Shown piece after piece: positions 18,224 through 26,124 of a DNA stretch of 61,727 nucleotides. Made by a program: the position numbers and the translations under genes. The stretch lies in IMG/VR virus record IMGVR_UViG_3300034102_002694, positions 1 to 61,727 of that record. One strand, given 5' to 3'. Each line of letters starts with the position of its first letter. Positions within the stretch are counted from its first letter, which is position 1. Under the pieces are notes generated by a model. The model searched no databases. It was not told where the DNA came from and worked only from the letters and a program-made list of their open reading frames with translations. The DNA is from a virus. Taxonomy: Duplodnaviria; Caudoviricetes.

Positions 18224-19713
18224 TATTAAGTGTTCATTTGGGACATGATTCCTCAATATGTGTCTTCGATAATGGTAGTATAGAGAAATATTTTTTACTA
18301 GAAAGATTTACAGGGAAAAAACATGATTATGATGAAAAACTAATATTAAAATTAGTTAATAGTATTTGTAGTAAATTTAATATAGATGTACTCTGTATAT
18401 CTAATTTCAATACACACGATGAGATAGTAACAGAAATTTTTGAACAATGTAAAAAATATAATCCAAATGTAAAAATAGTGATGCAATCGGATCACCATTT
18501 GAATCACGCTTCTCTTGCTTTTTATAATAGTGGTTTTGATGAGAGTCTCGTTGTTGTCGCTGATGGATCTGGATCAACAATAAAAGATAATCTAGTAGAA
18601 GTGGAAAGTGTTTTTTCATTCAATAGAGAAAAGAATGATTTAATTTATAAAAATATTGTGGAAAAATCCTCTTTTGGTGTAGGTAAATTATATGATATTG
18701 CAGCTGTATTGATTGGAAATACTCCAGATGATTGTGGAAAAGCAATGGGTCTTGCATCTTATGGGTCTTCAAATAAATTATTTCAAAATCTGTTCTTAGA
18801 GAAGAAATGGAATATAGAACCTATAAAAAAGGTAGAAGTAGATAATTATAAATTACACGCAGATTTTTGTTATGAAGTTCAACAACAAACACAAAAAGTA
18901 ATTGGTGATTTAATAGAAGATTCTATAGAGAAGACGGGAATTCAAAAGGTCTGTATTTCTGGTGGTTATGGCATGAATATCGTTGCAAATTACTATTATT
19001 TGCAACGATTTCCTGATGTGAAATTTTACTTTGAACCATTGTGTAACGATAATGGTGTAAGTATAGGTGCCGCAATGAATTCATATTTTAAATTAACAAA
19101 TAAAATTCCAAATTCGATTCAAACAACTTCTTTCCATGGATTAGATTATGAAGTTTCTCCATATAAAGGTATAACAACTACAATAAAAGGTATTGCTAAT
19201 CTATTAAATCGGGATAAATCTATTGCTGTTTATACTGGCTTTGCGGAATCGGGTCAAAGAGCTTTGGGTAACCGTTCCATATTTTTTAATCCTTTAAATC
19301 TAAATGCAAAAGATATTGTAAATCAAATCAAAAAAAGAGAGTGGTATAGACCTTTTGCTTGTGTAGTATTGGAAGAAGATGCTAATATTTACTTAGATAT
19401 GGGTAGAATTAAATCAAGTCCATTTATGACTACGTGTTTCCCAGTAAGACAGGAGTATGTTAAAATAATACCAGGAGTAACTCATGTGGATAATACATGT
19501 AGAGTTCAAACTGTTTCCAAAATAGATGGTTATTTGTACAAACTTTTGCAAGAGTTTAAAACTCTATCTGGACATGGAATACTTTTGAATACTAGTTTTA
19601 ATTTAGCGGGAAACCCTTTAGTAGAGACTCCATCAGATGCATTGAATACTCTAAATAATTCGTCCTTAGATTATCTTTGGTTTGAAGAAACACAACAATT
19701 ACTTAGTAGATAA
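18217..19713 (+). CDS. Carbamoyltransferase (NodU/CmcH/TobZ family)
   Basis: GHDSS, HHLNHA, DGSG, GKAMGLASYG, SGG..MN, ESGQRALGNRS, KREWYRPFA, HVDNTCRVQTV, LNTSFN. Confidence 0.95.
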   Translation: MLILSVHLGHDSSICVFDNGSIEKYFLLERFTGKKHDYDEKLILKLVNSICSKFNIDVLCISNFNTHDEIVTEIFEQCKKYNPNVKIVMQSDHHLNHASLAFYNSGFDESLVVVADGSGSTIKDNLVEVESVFSFNREKNDLIYKNIVEKSSFGVGKLYDIAAVLIGNTPDDCGKAMGLASYGSSNKLFQNLFLEKKWNIEPIKKVEVDNYKLHADFCYEVQQQTQKVIGDLIEDSIEKTGIQKVCISGGYGMNIVANYYYLQRFPDVKFYFEPLCNDNGVSIGAAMNSYFKLTNKIPNSIQTTSFHGLDYEVSPYKGITTTIKGIANLLNRDKSIAVYTGFAESGQRALGNRSIFFNPLNLNAKDIVNQIKKREWYRPFACVVLEEDANIYLDMGRIKSSPFMTTCFPVRQEYVKIIPGVTHVDNTCRVQTVSKIDGYLYKLLQEFKTLSGHGILLNTSFNLAGNPLVETPSDALNTLNNSSLDYLWFEETQQLLSR

Positions 19714-19917
19714 ATGGATAACAAACAATTACATGAATCTGGTCTAAACATTATACAAAACTCCGATGGATCTTATGCATTTGAATGGGATCCTAAAGAT
19801 GAGCGTTGGTCATGGTTGAATGGCTTGACAGATGAACAGATTAAGACTATTATAGAGGAATCCGTTCAAACAAAACAACTTTTAGAGAATATTTCAAATG
19901 AACTTGGACTCGAATAA
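19714..19917 (+). CDS. Hypothetical protein
   Basis: QN.DGSY..EWDP.D.RW..LN.LT. Confidence 0.6.
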   Translation: MDNKQLHESGLNIIQNSDGSYAFEWDPKDERWSWLNGLTDEQIKTIIEESVQTKQLLENISNELGLE

Positions 19918-20536
19918 GATTTGGGAAGTAATGAATGATCTTGAGATGGTAACATCTAAAGTTTGTTCTGCTCGTGAGATTGTTGATGTTGTTATAGAAT
20001 CAATTCAAAAACGTGATTATGAGAAAGCTGAATCAATGGCTGCGGCTGCATATGAGTTTCTTGGATATTATCTGAGTGAATTTGATGATAAGTTTAAAAA
20101 AGCTTGGAATGAAACTGTAGTCAAACAAAAAGAAGAGGATCCTTGTATGACTCCTTGGGGACATAGTGACCTTGAATATCTCGTGAATAAAAATAAATCT
20201 CTTTCTTGTGATGGAGACGATCCATCACAAGAGTGTCAAAGTGCTTGGACTGATTTTTGGGTAGAGAATTCTTATCCAGAAGAACATTCTGAACATTATT
20301 ATGATTATACTAGAAATGATCCTGATCGACCGAATCCTTTTGTAGATAAAGTTGTAAAATGGTCTCTTCCTGTGGAACTTGATGGTTTGACTGGAGATTA
20401 TATGGTTAATTTGCCCGATGATCTCCTAGAAATAGCAAACCTGAAAGAAGGAGATCGAATTGAATGGGTGGATCAAGGTGATGGTTCGTATCTTTTTAGT
20501 AAGGTAACACGGACACTCGAAACGGGTGAGTGTTAA
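19898..20536 (+). CDS. Hypothetical protein with C-terminal AbrB/MazE-like DNA-binding domain
   Basis: C-term DYMVNLPDDLLEIANLKEGDRIEWVDQGDGSYLFSKV. Confidence 0.6.
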   Translation: MNLDSNKIWEVMNDLEMVTSKVCSAREIVDVVIESIQKRDYEKAESMAAAAYEFLGYYLSEFDDKFKKAWNETVVKQKEEDPCMTPWGHSDLEYLVNKNKSLSCDGDDPSQECQSAWTDFWVENSYPEEHSEHYYDYTRNDPDRPNPFVDKVVKWSLPVELDGLTGDYMVNLPDDLLEIANLKEGDRIEWVDQGDGSYLFSKVTRTLETGEC

Positions 20537-20726
20537 TGTTCGAGATTCTCACTTGTGGGTATAATATTTTTTGTCATTTTGATAACATCAATGATTTAAA
20601 TAGACCAAAGTATCCACCAGATGTTGTACAACTTTGTCAATACTTTGAAGATCAAAAATCAGAACTTCCAGATTATTGCAAATGGCCGGATAAACCTTTT
20701 ATACCAAGACGACGGAGTGAATTTTA

Positions 20727-20960
20727 ATGGCATTATCTGAATCAGTAGAAACTAGTCTAAGGGAAGCAGAACAATCTTTGCGTAATGCACTGGCTTATGC
20801 AGCTCGTCAAGAAAAACCATTTGTCGCTAAACATATATCAGAAATGATTATGAACATCGACAATCTTATTTCTACAGATAAACTAATGGATAAATTGGAA
20901 GAAAGGATGAGTGGTGAAGATGATACCAAGCGTGGCCGTTGGGGTCCTTTTGGATCTTAA
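20727..20960 (+). CDS. Hypothetical cyanophage protein
   Basis: MALSESV..SL.EA...LRNALA.AAR.EKP. Confidence 0.65.
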   Translation: MALSESVETSLREAEQSLRNALAYAARQEKPFVAKHISEMIMNIDNLISTDKLMDKLEERMSGEDDTKRGRWGPFGS

Positions 20961-20989
20961 CTAGATAGTGGTAGATCATAATAAAGGTC

Positions 20990-21466
20990 ATGAATGAGTT
21001 ACCAATAGAACCATATAAGACAATATTGGTTTTAAATTCTAGTTATGAACCAATAAATTTTACAAATTGGAAAAGAGCAATAGTTCTTCTTTTAAAAGAA
21101 AAAGCACAAGTTCTTTCAAGTAGAGTAATTAGACTTCTAGATTATGTAAAATTACCTTTGTCTAAAATTATGAATATCAGTCCATCTCGTTCTATGATTT
21201 ACAAGAGAGATAACAATACTTGTCAATATTGTGGATCAAAATCCAAACTTACTATAGATCATGTTATTCCTCGTTCAAGAGGTGGGGATGATTCTTGGGA
21301 AAATCTTGTAGTTGCATGTAGTTCATGTAATACTAAGAAATCTAATATGTTTCTTGAACATACGGGGATGAAACTTACCAGAAAACCAAGAGCTCCTATT
21401 AATAAGATTCTTTTTGACTTAGAAAGAACTAACGTTGAAGAATGGAGACAGTATCATTATGACTAA
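20990..21466 (+). CDS. HNH endonuclease
   Basis: VLNSSYEP, RDNNTCQYCG, TIDHVIPRSRGG..SWENLV.AC..CN..K. Confidence 0.93.
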   Translation: MNELPIEPYKTILVLNSSYEPINFTNWKRAIVLLLKEKAQVLSSRVIRLLDYVKLPLSKIMNISPSRSMIYKRDNNTCQYCGSKSKLTIDHVIPRSRGGDDSWENLVVACSSCNTKKSNMFLEHTGMKLTRKPRAPINKILFDLERTNVEEWRQYHYD

Positions 21467-21821
21467 ACAACAACCCAACGAATTTGGCAAAGCACTACAA
21501 GAATGGTGGGATTCTGATGCTTGCAAACAACTTCAAAAAGATAATGAAGAGGCAAAGCAACGAGCAGTAGGAAAGTATTTTATGCTTTCTGAAGGTGACA
21601 AATGTGATATGGTACAGGCAATCTGTTACATTATGTGTAAGGCAGAAGAGGAAGGAACTTCTCATCGTGGTCTTCAAGATGCACTTGGAATCTATCCTGC
21701 TGGTTTCTGGGTGGATCACCTAATGGAAGTTCATAATGCTCTCTGGTCTTACTATCATGACCAAAAGAGAGAAAAAGAACTCAAAGATGATCTTGAGTCG
21801 CTTGAGAATTTTATTAAGTAG
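21459..21821 (+). CDS. Hypothetical protein
   Basis: ATG overlapping the HNH end. Confidence 0.65.
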   Translation: MTKQQPNEFGKALQEWWDSDACKQLQKDNEEAKQRAVGKYFMLSEGDKCDMVQAICYIMCKAEEEGTSHRGLQDALGIYPAGFWVDHLMEVHNALWSYYHDQKREKELKDDLESLENFIK

Positions 21822-21907
21822 TGTAACGCAATCCCGAAGAAAATATTAAGTTTATAGATAGTCATATAAGATCGTGTTAGAATTTGAACACAATCAATGG
21901 AGGTTTA

Positions 21908-22117
21908 ATGACTTATTCGCAACCCAAGAATACTGAACTAACAGATTCTGAATGGAAAGAATTGGTTGCACTTAAAGAAGCTATTAATGAAAATCCTGCA
22001 TCCGTACATCCAGAAAAGATGGAATTATTTACCGAACTTCTTGTTCGTTCTTGGGATGCAAAATGCGATCCTCCCGACATGACAAAATGGCGCAAAGGTC
22101 ATCCAATGGAAGAATAA
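21908..22117 (+). CDS. Hypothetical protein
   Basis: GGAGG SD; EW.EL.ALK.AI..NPASVHP.KME.F. Confidence 0.65.
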   Translation: MTYSQPKNTELTDSEWKELVALKEAINENPASVHPEKMELFTELLVRSWDAKCDPPDMTKWRKGHPMEE

Positions 22118-22208
22118 TATTGACTTAATGTTGGATAGGGTGTATGATTGCACAAATGAGTATGAAATAGAACTCTAAATATTACGAACTACGACAAAAC
22201 GAAATGCA

Positions 22209-22445
22209 ATGAGATTTATTGTTTATTCTAAACCAGAGTGTCCTTATTGTTTTAAAATTAAAAAAGTCTTAGAACTTTGTGGTAAAGAGTTTATTGTCTA
22301 TAATTTGGACGAACACTTTACCAAAAAACAATTTTATAGTGAATTCGGAGATGGTTCTACTTTTCCACAAGTTGTAGTTGATGATAAACGTCTGGGTGGT
22401 TGTACTGATACTATTCAGTATTTAAAAGAACTTTTACTCATTTAG
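22209..22445 (+). CDS. nrdC: Glutaredoxin
   Basis: CPYC, TFPQV, GGCTD. Confidence 0.92.
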   Translation: MRFIVYSKPECPYCFKIKKVLELCGKEFIVYNLDEHFTKKQFYSEFGDGSTFPQVVVDDKRLGGCTDTIQYLKELLLI

Positions 22446-22448
22446 TTT

Positions 22449-22625
22449 ATGAGTAAGTCTCGTGAGCTATACATAAATAGAGGTGTGGAATTATTGTTAA
22501 GAAAACGGAGGAGAAAACCTGAAGAACCAAAAACATTTCAATTTAGTTTTGGTAAGATGGTTACTCTCCTCAAGCGAGAGATAAACATCTATTTCGAATT
22601 TTCATTTGATATAAAAAAGAAGTAA
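22449..22625 (+). CDS. Hypothetical protein (58 aa)
   Basis: Read manually: MSKSRELYINRGVELLLR...FGKMVTLLKREI. Confidence 0.55.
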   Translation: MSKSRELYINRGVELLLRKRRRKPEEPKTFQFSFGKMVTLLKREINIYFEFSFDIKKK

Positions 22626-22644
22626 ATCTCTCGGAGGCAGATCC

Positions 22645-22872
22645 ATGACAGCACCATTAGTTGCCATCTTTTGCATGGTATCTTTCATGTTCTTGATTGT
22701 CGGTGGTATAGTTGGGTGGTTATGGAAAGAACATGTGGTTTTCTCCACTCCACAACAAGTATTCGCACATCCAGAAATGTTTGATAATAATGGAAATCTT
22801 ATTCCAGACGAAGTAATTGCAGTACGATTTGAAAATAGCTATGACGACTACGACGAAGAAGACGACGACTAG
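22645..22872 (+). CDS. Small membrane protein (DUF2973-like)
   Basis: TM helix followed by HPEMFD.NG and an acidic tail; GGAGG SD. Confidence 0.55.
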   Translation: MTAPLVAIFCMVSFMFLIVGGIVGWLWKEHVVFSTPQQVFAHPEMFDNNGNLIPDEVIAVRFENSYDDYDEEDDD

Positions 22873-23392
22873 TAGAAAGACTTCTACAACCGCAAAAAAG
22901 ACTACTACTAGTAGTAAACCTGAAACAAAACCAGTTGCAGAGAAAATTCAACTAACACCAACTTCTTATGTTCATGAGATTTTTGCAGCAGTGGTTGCAG
23001 AAAGAACTAAGGATAAGAAGATTGGTATTCTTCGACAATACAATGAGAATTTTCTCAAGTCTCTGTTGATTTGGAATTTTGATGATTCTATTCAATCAAT
23101 TCTTCCCGAAGGTGAAGTTCCAATTCAACAAAATGAGAATGCTGAAAAATCACCCTCTTCAAATATTCGTAAAGAATGGAGTAAGTTCTATAACTTTGTG
23201 AAAGGTGGTAATGATGCGATGAACAAACTCCGTAAAGAAACTATGTTCATCAATATTCTTGAATCTTTTCATCCTGGAGAGGCTGAAGTTTTGTGTCTTG
23301 TGAAGGATAAAAAATTACAAACTAAATATAATATTACCAAAGAACTTGTTTCCGAGGCTTATCCTGATATTCTGTGGGGGAATCGTTCTTGA
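22841..23392 (+). CDS. Conserved T4-like cyanophage protein
   Basis: LIWNFD.SI.S.LPEGEVP, FYNFVKGGN, RKETMFI..LE..HP.EAE. Confidence 0.7.
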   Translation: MTTTTKKTTTSRKTSTTAKKTTTSSKPETKPVAEKIQLTPTSYVHEIFAAVVAERTKDKKIGILRQYNENFLKSLLIWNFDDSIQSILPEGEVPIQQNENAEKSPSSNIRKEWSKFYNFVKGGNDAMNKLRKETMFINILESFHPGEAEVLCLVKDKKLQTKYNITKELVSEAYPDILWGNRS

Positions 23393-23393
23393 T

Positions 23394-23651
23394 ATGTCAG
23401 TGAACATTATTCATGGAGATTGTGATCCATCTGCTGCCAAAAATCGTGATCTACCAAGAAACTCATACTTGGTATCATATGGTGTAGATGATGAAACGCA
23501 ATATGATGTGGTTCAATCTGGATCACAATATGATATTTTTAATTATTACTGGGACAAGTATAGAGATGTGAGAGGTATTAAATGGACGGAAGGAACGATC
23601 AATCCAAAAATGTGGAACTACCAACCGCCGGAGAGGAAGAAAAAAAAGTAA
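23394..23651 (+). CDS. Hypothetical cyanophage protein
   Basis: IIH.DCDP......LP.NSYLV.Y...G..NPK.W. Confidence 0.65.
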   Translation: MSVNIIHGDCDPSAAKNRDLPRNSYLVSYGVDDETQYDVVQSGSQYDIFNYYWDKYRDVRGIKWTEGTINPKMWNYQPPERKKKK

Positions 23652-23662
23652 TCTCAGGTGAT

Positions 23663-23824
23663 ATGAACGTTGAGATGAATCTTGACGCAATCAAGGAAGT
23701 GAGAAAACAGTATAAGAAAATTAAAAGATACATGAGATCTTCTATTTACACAGTAGCCATGATGGACGGAAGGGAACAAATCGTGAGTCGTTTACTTAAG
23801 GATCAGGAGGACAATCCTACTTAA
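23663..23824 (+). CDS. Hypothetical protein
   Basis: Short ORF filling the gap before speD. Confidence 0.5.
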   Translation: MNVEMNLDAIKEVRKQYKKIKRYMRSSIYTVAMMDGREQIVSRLLKDQEDNPT

Positions 23825-24151
23825 ATGGGCAAACACTATCTTCTAAATCTCTTTGGATGCTCATTCGTTTTGTTAAACGATGAGCATTATCTTATGGAAC
23901 TCTTAGAACAAGCTGCAGCTGCAAGTGGTGCAACTGTATGTCAAACTATTTTTAAAAAGTTTGATCCACAGGGAGTTACCGTTTTATGTTTGTTATCTGA
24001 AAGTCACATAAGTATTCATACATGGCCAGAAGAAGGTAAAGCTGCTTGCGATGTCTATACTTGTGGAGATTGTGATCCAAAAATTGGTTGTGATATGATT
24101 ATTGAACAACTATATGCAACAAATCATACACTAAGTTATATTGAACGATAA
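23825..24151 (+). CDS. speD: S-adenosylmethionine decarboxylase proenzyme
   Basis: MGKH, F.PQGVT, LLSESHISIHTWPE (E-S autocleavage), DVYTCG. Confidence 0.93.
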   Translation: MGKHYLLNLFGCSFVLLNDEHYLMELLEQAAAASGATVCQTIFKKFDPQGVTVLCLLSESHISIHTWPEEGKAACDVYTCGDCDPKIGCDMIIEQLYATNHTLSYIER

Positions 24152-24180
24152 AATAAATAACACTATATCTGGTAAAATTT

Positions 24181-24501
24181 ATGCTCTCTACACAATATCG
24201 TCTTCGACTTGAAGCAATCTGCGAACGAATTGTAAAAGGTGAATCAGTAGAATTAAGTGAAATGATTTGGGCAGAGAAACTTGCCCAAGTAAATAGAAGT
24301 GCTGGAACACTTCTCCGCCAAGCAAGACGTAAAGCAGAGAATCCCGACATGCAGGAAGGTGGTTTAGATGATTTTCTGAACCAACTTGATATTGGTGGAG
24401 TTGGTCATGAAGGGAAAGGTATCCGTGGATTTGATACAGTAGATGATATTATAGACTTCTTTACTGAAGATAAACCAGATGATTGGAGACAGAGAGATTA
24501 A
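24181..24501 (+). CDS. Conserved cyanophage hypothetical protein
   Basis: MLSTQYRLRLE.IC..I...MIWAEKLA...DWRQRD. Confidence 0.7.
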   Translation: MLSTQYRLRLEAICERIVKGESVELSEMIWAEKLAQVNRSAGTLLRQARRKAENPDMQEGGLDDFLNQLDIGGVGHEGKGIRGFDTVDDIIDFFTEDKPDDWRQRD

Positions 24502-24504
24502 AAA

Positions 24505-24522
24505 TTGTATCGTATTTTACAA
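24505..24522 (+). promoter_or_regulatory. NtcA-binding site
   Basis: TTGTA-TCGTATTT-TACAA = extended GTA-N8-TAC palindrome in an intergenic gap. Confidence 0.65.
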
Positions 24523-24528
24523 ACTTAT

Positions 24529-24557
24529 TTGCATATATAAACCAACAGGTCTATAAT
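24529..24557 (+). promoter_or_regulatory. Sigma70-type promoter for the riboswitch leader
   Basis: TTGCAT-17-TATAAT; predicted start about 24564, immediately before aptamer 1. Confidence 0.75.
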
Positions 24558-24564
24558 GACCTCA

Positions 24565-24608
24565 CGTTCATCTGGTTTAACCAGACGGAAGTAAGCCGAC
24601 TCGGAACG
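24565..24608 (+). ncRNA. Glutamine riboswitch-like aptamer 1 (glnA/Downstream-peptide family)
   Basis: P1 CGTTC/GAACG, P2 TCTGG-tttaa-CCAGA, core CGGAAGTAAGCCGAC. Confidence 0.75.
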
Positions 24609-24611
24609 GAA

Positions 24612-24780
24612 CGTTCATCTATGGAAGCACTCATTCTTTCATGTTTACAGGCACAATTAATTGCTGGGAGAGTTCTAAAAGTGAACATTCCCAAACAAGC
24701 AAAGAATGATCTCATTTGGGAGATTAAACAGATCTCCCCAAAGGAGTGTAAAATAGACGCAAAAGCCGACTGAAGGAACG
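24612..24780 (+). ncRNA. Glutamine riboswitch-like aptamer 2 with greatly expanded P2 loop
   Basis: P1 CGTTC(24612)/GAACG(24776), P2 TCTAT(24618)/ATAGA(24753), core CGCAAAAGCCGACTGAAG. Confidence 0.7.
24621..24773 (+). CDS. 50-aa ORF nested inside aptamer 2
   Basis: MEALILSCLQAQLIAGRVLKVNIPKQAKNDLIWEIKQISPKECKIDAKAD; ATG in the P2 5' strand, TGA in the aptamer core. Confidence 0.55.
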   Translation: MEALILSCLQAQLIAGRVLKVNIPKQAKNDLIWEIKQISPKECKIDAKAD

Positions 24781-24812
24781 CTCTTTAGCCTCAAAATTAA
24801 GGAGAAAACCTA

Positions 24813-24944
24813 ATGTCTAAAGTAGTATATCGTGGTGTCGAATATGACACAGAAGTTCGCCGCCATCAACAACAGACACAACAACCACAACAATATAATG
24901 AAACATATCGTGGTGTTAAGTTTGTAAAGGAGGAACAAAAATGA
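24813..24944 (+). CDS. YRG-motif peptide (DUF4278-like, putative glutamine synthetase inactivating factor-like)
   Basis: MSKVVYRGVEYDT...NETYRGVKFVKEEQK (two YRG motifs); AAGGAG SD; directly downstream of the aptamers. Confidence 0.75.
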   Translation: MSKVVYRGVEYDTEVRRHQQQTQQPQQYNETYRGVKFVKEEQK

Positions 24945-25042
24945 ATACTTACTTTGTTCGTTACCTCAAGAATAAATCGAAGAGGGAACAGTTTCTTCAA
25001 ATCGCACAACTGAATATGGCAAAGCAACCACAAGTTGTTTAA
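24941..25042 (+). CDS. Small basic peptide (33 aa)
   Basis: MNTYFVRYLKNKSKREQFLQIAQLNMAKQPQVV; GGAGG SD, ATGA coupling. Confidence 0.6.
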   Translation: MNTYFVRYLKNKSKREQFLQIAQLNMAKQPQVV

Positions 25043-25047
25043 TGTTC

Positions 25048-25074
25048 AAGGGAGGTTTACACCTCCCTTTTTTT
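25048..25074 (+). terminator. Rho-independent terminator closing the riboswitch operon
   Basis: GGGAGGT-ttac-ACCTCCC plus T7. Confidence 0.9.
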
Positions 25075-25105
25075 GTAGTAAAATAGTAGGAGACTATGAA
25101 TAATC

Positions 25106-25261
25106 ATGGACAAAGAAAGACTTAAATTGATTGTAAGAAATCTGGAGTCACTTGTAAGTGCATTAAAAATGGAGATTTACTCTGATACGGATTCTTATGA
25201 ACGAGTAAAAGAAAATTTGGACCACATCTCAGATTATGATGAGGTTTTTGACGAAGACTGA
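25106..25261 (+). CDS. Hypothetical cyanophage protein (51 aa)
   Basis: MDKERLKLIVRNLESLV..LK.EIYSD...DYDEVF. Confidence 0.6.
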   Translation: MDKERLKLIVRNLESLVSALKMEIYSDTDSYERVKENLDHISDYDEVFDED

Positions 25262-25283
25262 TACCAAAAAATTGAGGAATTAA

Positions 25284-25916
25284 ATGACTGTAAAACTTAT
25301 TTCGATTACTCCCGATGCAGAACAAACAATGGCGTATATTGCGCGAGTTTCTAATCCTGCGAATCAAGACAACCAAAACTATGCCAAGTTGCTTGCTTAT
25401 TGTATTAAGCATAATCATTGGTCTGTGTTTGAACAGTCTTCTATGACTCTTGAGATTGAAACGAATCGTGGTATCGCGGCTCAAATTTTACGACACCGTT
25501 CGTTTACATTTCAAGAGTTTTCGCAACGGTATGCAGACACCAATCTATTGAGTTCTGATATTCCTTTGCCAGAACTGCGTAGGCAGGACACTACGAACCG
25601 CCAGAACTCGATTGATGACTTGGACGAGGAAAGGGTCTTCGTGATGAATAAGATGATTCAAGACCTGTTTCGTGACTCTCAGGAGGTCTATAACTATCTT
25701 CTAGGTCAGGGTGTTGCTAAGGAATGTGCTCGTTTTGTACTTCCTCTTGCAACTCCTACTCGTATTTACATGACTGGTTCTTGCCGTAGTTGGATTCACT
25801 ATATCAATCTTCGTTCTGCACACGGAACTCAAAAGGAACATATGGACATTGCCCTTGCTTGTAGAGAAGTTTTTAAAGAACAATTCCCATCGGTTTCAGA
25901 AGCTCTTGAATGGTGA
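25284..25916 (+). CDS. thyX: Flavin-dependent thymidylate synthase
   Basis: HWSVFEQ, QILRHRSFTFQEFSQRY, ECARFVLP, QKEH. Confidence 0.97.
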   Translation: MTVKLISITPDAEQTMAYIARVSNPANQDNQNYAKLLAYCIKHNHWSVFEQSSMTLEIETNRGIAAQILRHRSFTFQEFSQRYADTNLLSSDIPLPELRRQDTTNRQNSIDDLDEERVFVMNKMIQDLFRDSQEVYNYLLGQGVAKECARFVLPLATPTRIYMTGSCRSWIHYINLRSAHGTQKEHMDIALACREVFKEQFPSVSEALEW

Positions 25917-25943
25917 TATATAAAATGCCGCAATAAAAATAAT

Positions 25944-26123
25944 ATGTATTATCAAACTAAAGCCATCTCAAAAGATGAAACTTGGACTACATGTACAATA
26001 GTAGATACAACTGAAGACAATTATATTGTAGAATATAATGAAGATGGAAACTTCTTGACAAAAGAAATTAAACCAGAAGAACTTCAAAAATTAGATTATT
26101 CCGAACTTGAAATCAGTCAATAA
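25944..26123 (+). CDS. Hypothetical protein (59 aa)
   Basis: Read manually: MYYQTKAISKDETWTTCTIVD... Confidence 0.5.
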   Translation: MYYQTKAISKDETWTTCTIVDTTEDNYIVEYNEDGNFLTKEIKPEELQKLDYSELEISQ

Positions 26124-26124
26124 A

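Noticed and set aside
16404-19713. Saxitoxin or cylindrospermopsin-like toxin cluster (SxtG/SxtI-type amidino- and carbamoyltransferase)
   Set aside because: No PKS/NRPS or sxtA-like gene in the window; the context is glycosyltransferases and virion genes.
20990-21466. HNH as a mobile homing endonuclease or defence system
   Set aside because: A free-standing short HNH with no interrupted target gene or partner visible; mobility cannot be supported.
24483-24620. 96-aa ORF starting at 24483 as given in the track
   Set aside because: The 5' part runs through the NtcA box, promoter and aptamer 1 from a non-ATG start; the ATG at 24621 is more plausible.
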